Shown in pieces: positions 15,381 to 21,775 of a DNA stretch of 21,775 nucleotides. Position numbers and translations under genes: made by a program. The notes beneath the pieces were generated by a model that was not told where the DNA came from, made no database searches, and was given only the letters and a program-made list of their open reading frames with translations. Location: positions 1 through 21,775 of the forward strand of contig JAYENL010000273.1 in the NCBI GenBank assembly GCA_034722055.1. Direction: 5' to 3'. The DNA is from Armatimonadota bacterium (GTDB lineage Bacteria > Armatimonadota > Zipacnadia > Zipacnadales > UBA5352). Position 1 is the first letter of the stretch. Each line of letters opens with the position of its first letter.

Positions 15381-15681
15381 TTGTGGCGCGCAGCGCCACT
15401 GTCATTCGACCGGGCCCGTGAAGGGGCCGACGAATGCGGGCCTCTCGGCCCGCGTCGGGCGTGGGCACGCCCGACCTCCGTACGGCACGGCGACGACAGC
15501 AGGCCTGGCGGCCTGTCCCAGGCGGCCGCGCCCGGGCGAGCGCTTCAGTCCTCTCCACGTCGGGCTCGTGTCCGCCATGGGCTCGCGGAAGGGAATCGCT
15601 GCCCGAGCGGGGAACTGTCGGCGTGGCTTCCGGCCCGGATCCGTATGCCGCCAGCCGACCTCGCATGGGAGGAGAGAGACC

Positions 15682-18381
15682 ATGCCTGATCGCGACGCGC
15701 ACCGCTGCTCGGACGAGGAGTTCGAGGAGTGGGCCTCACATGTCATGGACCCCGTGGAGCGCATCGTCTACAGCGGCTCGTCCCTCCGCGCTGTCGCCAT
15801 GCCCATGGGCGGTCTCGGCGCCGGCAGCGTCGCTCTGGCCGGCGACGGGACGCTGCGCCAGTGGCAGGTCTTGAACCAGGTCAACCACACCGCCTTCCTG
15901 CCGGGGACCTTCTTCGCGGTGCGGGCACAGGCGGCAGGCGCTGGGGAGGCGCCCGTGTCCCGACTGCTGCAGACGGACTGCTTCTACGACGATGACTTCG
16001 AGCCGGCCGAGAGCACCAGCGACCACGTCATCCCTGACGAGGCCAGGCGGCTGGCCGGCATGCTGCCCTGCGTCAGCGACATCGAGTACGTGGGCGAGTA
16101 TCCCATCGCACGGTTGCGTTACGTGGATGACGACCTCCTCGTTGAGGTGCGCCTGGAGGCCTTCACGCCGCTGATCCCGCTGAACTCAAAGGACTCTGGG
16201 CTGCCCTGCGCTGTCTTCGTATTTGAGGTGGAGAACACGTCCGACGCGCGGATGGAGGTCGCTCTGCTGGGGTCACTGCAGAACGCGGTGGGCTACGACG
16301 CCGGCAGCGGGATCGCCGGCACGCGGTGTCCCTGCTACGGCGGCAACGTCAACGAGGCGCTGGTCCGGGAGGGACGAACGGCGGTCGAGATGACCAACGC
16401 GCGCCTGCCCGCCGATCATCCCGGCCAGGGCTCGATGGCGCTGGCCGCGCTCTCAGAGGGCTGCTCGGTCACCGAGCGGTGGAACGATCCCCGCGCGCTG
16501 TGGGAGGCCTTCGTGAACAATGGGCGCCTGCTGCCGGCCGCACCTGCCGGCGAGAGCCGCGACGGGAGCACCTTCAACGCCGCCGTGGCGGCGCACATGT
16601 TCCTCGCACCGGGCGAGACCGGCCGCCAGGTCTTCGTCATCGCCTGGCACTTCCCCAACCATCACGTGAACTGGAACCAGTCGGGCTTCGGTATCACCGA
16701 CACCAAGAGCCGGTTCTGGCTGGGGAACATGTACGCCAACTGGTTCGACTGCGCCATGGACGTGGTGGACTACGTCCAGGAGCACCAGGATCGGCTGGCG
16801 GAGCGGACGCGCCTGTACCGCGACACGCTGTATAACACCACGCTGCCCTACTGGTTCATCGACCGCGTCTCCTCGCAGGCGGCCACGCTGCGGACCCAGA
16901 CCTGCCTGTGGAACGAGGATGGCAACTTCCACGGCTTCGAGGGCGCCCGCGGCGCCGTCCACGGCATCTGGGGCCTCGCCGAGGGATGCTGCCCTCTCAA
17001 CTGCACCCACGTGTGGAACTACGAGATGACGCTCTCGCGGCTCTTCCCCGACCTGGAGCGCACCATGCGCCGGACGGACCTGAAGGTGCAGCTCACCGAC
17101 GAGGGGGGCGTCATCTTCCGCACCGTGCTGCCGCTCTACCTTCCCCGCTGGCAGGCGGATGACGACAGCGGGCGGACCAACATCGCCTGCGACGGGCACT
17201 GGGGGACCATCCTCAAGGTCTGCCGGGAATGGCAGCAGTCGGGCTCGGACGAGTTCCTCGACGAGATGTGGCCGGAGGTGGTGCGGGCGGTGGAGTACGG
17301 CTTCGAGCGGTGGGACGATGACGCCGACGGGGTCCTCGACGGCCCGCAGTGGAACACCTACGACCTCTACTTCTACGGGCACAACACCTACTGCTCGCTG
17401 CTGTACCTGGCGGCGCTGCTGGCCGTCGAGGAGATGGCAACCTGGCGCGGCGAGACGGAGCTGGCCGAGCAGTGCCGCCGGCGCTTCGAAAGCGGCGGCG
17501 GCAGGATCGATGAGGAGCTGTTCAACGGGGAGTACTACGAGCAGCACCTTGACGAGAGCATCGAGGGCGCCGACCGCCGGCAGTACGGGCGGGGCTGCCT
17601 GTCCGACCAGCTCTTCGGACAGTGGTGGGCGCACAGCCTGGACCTGGGCTATCTGCTGGACCCGCAGAGGGTGCGGGCGGCGCTTCAGTCGGTCTACCGC
17701 TACAACTTCCAGCACGACTTCGTCGATTACCACCAGCAGCCGCGCGTCTTCGTCTCGGACTGGGACAAGGGCCTGCTGACCACCACCTGGCCGCACGGGG
17801 GGCGCCAGGAGGTGCCGATGCTCTACTGCGATGAGGTCTGGACGGGCATCGAGTTCCAGGTCGCCAGCCACATGCTCTTCGAGGGCCTCACGAAGGAGGC
17901 CATGCACATCATCAGGGCCGCCTACGAGCGCCACGATGGGCGCTGGCGAAGCCCCTGGAACGAGATCGAGTGCGGCGACCACTACGCGCGGCCGATGAGC
18001 TCGTGGTGGATGCTGGAGGCCGCCGGCGGGCGGGCCTGGCACGGGCCGAAGGGCCTGCTGGCCTTCGATCCGCGGGTGAGGCCCGGTGACTTCCGCAGCT
18101 TCTTCATCACCGGCGAGGGCTGGGGGAGCTTCGCCCAGCAGCGTGAAGAGCGCTCGCAGCGGGACACCATCTCCCTGGCATGGGGCAAGCTGGCCCTGCG
18201 GACGCTGCGTCTGGGGCTGCCCGAGGGCGTGGAGGGCGAGCCGGAAGTCTCGGTCCACCTCGGCGGCGCGGAGACGCAGGCCGAGACGTGGATCCAGGAC
18301 GGCCGGCTGTTCGTGCACTGGGGGGACGGACTGGAGCTGGCCGCCGAAGGCGGCGACCTGTCGGTGCGCATTGCGTGGTGA
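15682..18381 (+). CDS. Glycoside hydrolase family 116 (GBA2-like beta-glucosidase / glucosylceramidase)
   Basis: GGAGGAG RBS and ATG at 15682. AMPMGGLGAGSV..DG.LRQWQ, GEYPIA, GFEG, CTHVWNY, NTYD, CLSDQLFGQW, EVWTGIE and ECGDHYARPMSSW. No signal peptide. Confidence 0.9.
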   Translation: MPDRDAHRCSDEEFEEWASHVMDPVERIVYSGSSLRAVAMPMGGLGAGSVALAGDGTLRQWQVLNQVNHTAFLPGTFFAVRAQAAGAGEAPVSRLLQTDCFYDDDFEPAESTSDHVIPDEARRLAGMLPCVSDIEYVGEYPIARLRYVDDDLLVEVRLEAFTPLIPLNSKDSGLPCAVFVFEVENTSDARMEVALLGSLQNAVGYDAGSGIAGTRCPCYGGNVNEALVREGRTAVEMTNARLPADHPGQGSMALAALSEGCSVTERWNDPRALWEAFVNNGRLLPAAPAGESRDGSTFNAAVAAHMFLAPGETGRQVFVIAWHFPNHHVNWNQSGFGITDTKSRFWLGNMYANWFDCAMDVVDYVQEHQDRLAERTRLYRDTLYNTTLPYWFIDRVSSQAATLRTQTCLWNEDGNFHGFEGARGAVHGIWGLAEGCCPLNCTHVWNYEMTLSRLFPDLERTMRRTDLKVQLTDEGGVIFRTVLPLYLPRWQADDDSGRTNIACDGHWGTILKVCREWQQSGSDEFLDEMWPEVVRAVEYGFERWDDDADGVLDGPQWNTYDLYFYGHNTYCSLLYLAALLAVEEMATWRGETELAEQCRRRFESGGGRIDEELFNGEYYEQHLDESIEGADRRQYGRGCLSDQLFGQWWAHSLDLGYLLDPQRVRAALQSVYRYNFQHDFVDYHQQPRVFVSDWDKGLLTTTWPHGGRQEVPMLYCDEVWTGIEFQVASHMLFEGLTKEAMHIIRAAYERHDGRWRSPWNEIECGDHYARPMSSWWMLEAAGGRAWHGPKGLLAFDPRVRPGDFRSFFITGEGWGSFAQQREERSQRDTISLAWGKLALRTLRLGLPEGVEGEPEVSVHLGGAETQAETWIQDGRLFVHWGDGLELAAEGGDLSVRIAW

Positions 18382-18387
18382 TGCCGC

Positions 18388-18954
18388 GTGGCTGACGAGG
18401 CGTCGGAGAATGCGGTCACCTGGGAGGCGGCGGACCGCGGCGCGAGCTGCACCATGGGCTGCTTCGCTACGCTGCTGCTGCTCATTGGCCTGGGCGCCCT
18501 GCTGTGGTTTTTCGCCGGCGGCGCCTGGAAGCTGATCGTGTCGGGGGTGAGCCTGGCGGCCGGCGTGGGGCTGCTGCTGTTCATGCGCTCGCCGATGCGC
18601 GGGCGGTGGGAGATTACCATCGATCCCGAGCCCGAGGTGGTGCGCATCTACGGGCGCCGGCGGGGCGTGGTGGACGAGCGGGAGATCCCCTTCGACCAGA
18701 TCGAGGCCATCGAGCTGCGGGAGATCACCCGCGACGTGACCATCGGCGAGAACGTGCCCTACCAGCTTCCCGTTTTCCGCCTCGTGGACGGCGAGGAGGT
18801 GGCGCTGGATGAGCGGATGTCCATTCGCGACCCGGACCGCGCCGAGGAGACTCTCGCGCGGATGCGGAAGCTGGTGCACGGTGCCGGTAACAAACACGGC
18901 ACCGGAGGCGAAGAAGCCAGCGACACTCCCGGACACGACGGGGCAAGCGGCTAA
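18388..18954 (+). CDS. Hypothetical membrane protein (two TM helices plus a soluble beta-rich domain)
   Basis: GTG start 6 nt after the GH116 stop. Two hydrophobic segments, then ITID.....VRI....EIPFDQIEAIEL, which resembles a bacterial PH-like domain. Confidence 0.7.
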   Translation: MADEASENAVTWEAADRGASCTMGCFATLLLLIGLGALLWFFAGGAWKLIVSGVSLAAGVGLLLFMRSPMRGRWEITIDPEPEVVRIYGRRRGVVDEREIPFDQIEAIELREITRDVTIGENVPYQLPVFRLVDGEEVALDERMSIRDPDRAEETLARMRKLVHGAGNKHGTGGEEASDTPGHDGASG

Positions 18955-19072
18955 GGCGACCGGGAAGCCTCAGCACAGAGCGCCGGGAGCCTTGCAGTGT
19001 ACGGCGGGGGAGCTCAAAACACAGTCGAAGCGCGTGATGGATTCGGGGTAACGTACTCAGGAGGTGGCGGAC

Positions 19073-21568
19073 ATGACGCGGTCTCTCACCATCGGTGTGC
19101 TCATCGTCGCCGTGCTCACCATGATGTGCACTGCCGCGGAGGCAGGGCTCTTCGACGACATCAAGGACAAGCTGCCGGGCGCAGACGACGTCAAGGACAA
19201 GCTGAAGCTGAGGATTCCCGACCTGGGGCGGATACTTGATGAGGGGCCCGCGATAGCCACCAGCTTTGATGATGCCGTTACCGGCGTGCCCTTCCTCGAC
19301 GACCTCGACCCGACGGTGACGGCACCGATGACGCAGCTTCCCCCTACCGGCGACGGCGCCTTCATCGTGGCCCTGCCGGGGATGTACGAGCTGGAGGCGC
19401 GCTCGTTCTGTCTCCACGCGGGCACCTACGGTCCCGGCCAGGGAGAGGGCTATCTCTACGCCCCACTCAAGGGCAACCTGGCGGGCGTCATCCAGAGCGT
19501 CCTGGATCGCTACATGGCCCACCCGGAGATCGAGCAGCGGAAGGTGCAGTCCCTCATCTGGGGCATCCAGGCCAAGACCAAGATCTCGGAGATGCCGGGA
19601 GAGCTGCGGGAGGTCGCTGAGGTTCTGCTGACCGAGCGTGAGATCCGCCGCCTCAACGGCGGCGCACTGGGGATGGTGCCTGAGGAGCTGTTCGACCAGG
19701 CCTTCGTGGACGTGCCGGAGGAGGTCCGGATGGTCCTGGAGGCGGAGGCGCGGCTGCGCAACCGTCTCTCGCGCGACGTGTATGACTTCGATGCCCTGGA
19801 GGAGGTGGCCGTGCTCAGCGGGGAGCCGCCCGCCGAGGAGGGCGGGCCGGTGGTGCCGCTGGGGCGCTGGTCATTCCATCCGGACGGCTTCTTCGTGCGC
19901 TACTTCCCGCACGGGTACTCCCGGACGACGGTTCAGCTCTACGATCCGGAGCCATTTGACGTCATCGCGGACGAGCTGGGCAGAATCACCAGGATCGCGA
20001 ACCCATACGGCTACGCCATCGAGGCGGAGTACGGCGATGCGCGGATGGAGCTGCCGGGCGATGACGGCGTGCATGCCTGCGCGCTGACCGCCCTGCGCCT
20101 GGTGTCACCTGACGGCGAGGCCCTGGCCCTGGACGTGCCGCCGGAGGCCGTCACACTGGTGGGGCTGCCGTCCGGGGATGGACGTCCCGCCGGCGCGGCC
20201 GGGGAGCTTTACGACCTGGCGGAGGAGACCCTTCAGCAGGTGCGAGAGCTCGCGAGTCACGTGGAGGGGGCGTCGCCCGACTCCGCGCTGGCGAGCAATG
20301 TGATCGACCTGACGCACTTTACGAACGCCCTGGAGGCCGTCGTCGGCGAGGCCGACTCGCAGATGCCAGCCCTGCGACAGTGGCTCAACATGACCAGACG
20401 GGCGTCGGCGTCGGAGCTTTTCCTGATGCTCAAGGGGGTGGAGCCGGGCGAGACGATGCAGACGAGGTCAAGGCGGACCGGCACGAGCGTGCGCCTCGCA
20501 TGTCTGTCGCTGTCGGGCGCGCTGTGGGCGGCGCCCCAGGCCGGCACCCGGACGCCCATCGCCGGAGAGCGCCTCGCGTACCGCCCCGGGGAGATGCAGC
20601 CGTTGAGGCCCAAGCCCTACCCCTACTACCCCTCCGGCGGCGCCGGCACGCCGGCGAACCGGGACAGCCAGCGGCTCGGTCAGTCCGGCGCCTCGCACCG
20701 AGAGCTGCCAGACTTCAAGCCTGATGCCGGCGACGATGACGACGACAGCACACCCTCCGGCGGCCAGGGCAAGGACGCCTTCAACAAGGCCCAGAAGGCC
20801 CTCGATTGGTTCGACACGGCGCAGACCGCCATCGGCATCGTCACCGACCCGGTGGGGACGGCAGTGGAGACTGTGGGCTTCGGCATCCGCGATCAGATGT
20901 TCAGCGGCCTCTTCGACTTCTGGTTCAGCTCCGCCAAGAACATCTCTCAGCAGCTCGGCGGCGATCCCCCGCGCAGTGACTTCACGGAGATCGCCACGCC
21001 GGAGCCCATCGGGGTGCCGGAGCTGGCCGTCGAGGACGCGCTGTCGGCCGAGCACGCCGCGGCGCTGAATGACCTGGCGGAGACCATGGCCCACCAGCTC
21101 TCGCTGCTGCGGGCGGCCCAGATCTGCCGGGACCGCCTCGGTGGCGCACTGGCCGCCGGCCAGGACGAGTGGGCGATGCGCCAGGCTGCGGCGCTGACCG
21201 ACTACAAGCGCCAGATCGGCCACACCTGGATCCAGATCTCCACGGACCTGCGGCAGGTCCTGCAGGCGGTGCGCGCGCTCGGCATCCGCGACATGATCAT
21301 CACGCCGGAGGCGGCGGCCGCCTACCAGCAGCGCCTGCGCGCGGAGGGTTTCAATGACGCTGAGCTGGCTGCGGCGGAGGTACTCGGCCTCAGCGACGCG
21401 GAGCTGCAGGAGATGCTGCAGGCGAGGCTGGCGGCGGACCCGGATGAGATGGCGGGCAGCATTATGGCGCACACGGAGGAGCTGGCGACGGCGCTCCGCA
21501 CGCTTGGCGCAAGCTGGGCGACGCTCCCCAGCGACCGGGCAGGGTGGGTGGTTGAGGAGGCGCCCTGA
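19073..21568 (+). CDS. Large secreted hypothetical protein with thioester-domain-like motifs
   Basis: AGGAGG at 19059-19064 and ATG at 19073. Signal peptide ending AEA. Motifs SFCLHAG, KVQSLIW, PANRDSQRL and DPP.SDF, with a helical C-terminus. Confidence 0.8.
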   Translation: MTRSLTIGVLIVAVLTMMCTAAEAGLFDDIKDKLPGADDVKDKLKLRIPDLGRILDEGPAIATSFDDAVTGVPFLDDLDPTVTAPMTQLPPTGDGAFIVALPGMYELEARSFCLHAGTYGPGQGEGYLYAPLKGNLAGVIQSVLDRYMAHPEIEQRKVQSLIWGIQAKTKISEMPGELREVAEVLLTEREIRRLNGGALGMVPEELFDQAFVDVPEEVRMVLEAEARLRNRLSRDVYDFDALEEVAVLSGEPPAEEGGPVVPLGRWSFHPDGFFVRYFPHGYSRTTVQLYDPEPFDVIADELGRITRIANPYGYAIEAEYGDARMELPGDDGVHACALTALRLVSPDGEALALDVPPEAVTLVGLPSGDGRPAGAAGELYDLAEETLQQVRELASHVEGASPDSALASNVIDLTHFTNALEAVVGEADSQMPALRQWLNMTRRASASELFLMLKGVEPGETMQTRSRRTGTSVRLACLSLSGALWAAPQAGTRTPIAGERLAYRPGEMQPLRPKPYPYYPSGGAGTPANRDSQRLGQSGASHRELPDFKPDAGDDDDDSTPSGGQGKDAFNKAQKALDWFDTAQTAIGIVTDPVGTAVETVGFGIRDQMFSGLFDFWFSSAKNISQQLGGDPPRSDFTEIATPEPIGVPELAVEDALSAEHAAALNDLAETMAHQLSLLRAAQICRDRLGGALAAGQDEWAMRQAAALTDYKRQIGHTWIQISTDLRQVLQAVRALGIRDMIITPEAAAAYQQRLRAEGFNDAELAAAEVLGLSDAELQEMLQARLAADPDEMAGSIMAHTEELATALRTLGASWATLPSDRAGWVVEEAP

Positions 21569-21775
21569 GCGCGGAGGGCAGAGAGGGCTCGTGCGCGGAA
21601 CCGCCTTGAATCGTAGCGGTCGGGGGGACGGGAACGACCGGCGGCGTAGGCACGGCGCCGCTCCGTACGACAGGGCGATGGCCCCGCGCATGGATTCTGC
21701 ATCAAACCGTGGCGGAGGCTTCCAGCTGCGGTCGTTTGCCGTTGGAGGGGCCCCACGAGCGCCGAAGGCGCGAGG

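Noticed and set aside
15313..15681. 123-aa N-terminal extension of GH116
   Set aside because: Low-complexity translation of a repeat-rich spacer. A strong RBS supports ATG 15682.
16453..18936. 827-aa minus-strand ORF
   Set aside because: Antisense shadow of GH116 and the downstream membrane protein.
21569..21775. Gene or RNA at the right edge
   Set aside because: Only weak GC-rich hairpins and short ORFs overlapping the upstream gene. Nothing supportable.

Overview
GC-rich bacterial chromosomal window. The prepilin-like/DUF1559-type H-X9-DG gene remnant, YjbH-like barrel and Flp/TadE pilins suggest Armatimonadota or a similar lineage (inference only). From left to right: the end of a probable insertion element that has cut off the 5' end of a DUF1559/H-X9-DG gene, which is also frameshifted; a YjbH-like outer-membrane protein; an argC-argJ-argB-argD operon on the minus strand; a divergent 7x SH3b + NlpC/P60 peptidoglycan hydrolase; a DUF456-like membrane lipoprotein; an Asp-box/sialidase-fold protein; a deacetylase-barrel-like hypothetical; an orphan TadE; a sugar-phosphate isomerase/epimerase; ndk; an orphan Flp pilin; a GH116 glycosidase; a small membrane protein; and an ~830 aa secreted protein. 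The top candidate for an undescribed system is the arg operon leader. It has a promoter, an 18-aa peptide ending in four Arg codons (MHSSAVQLWSAARLRARR), mutually exclusive hairpins and an intrinsic terminator, which is the layout of a classical ribosome-mediated attenuator but for arginine. The second candidate is the large secreted protein, which carries motifs resembling a Cys-Gln thioester domain. Intergenic regions hold a recurring heptamer-repeat element and REP-like hairpins. All protein assignments come from motif recognition by eye; no database searches or folding calculations were run.
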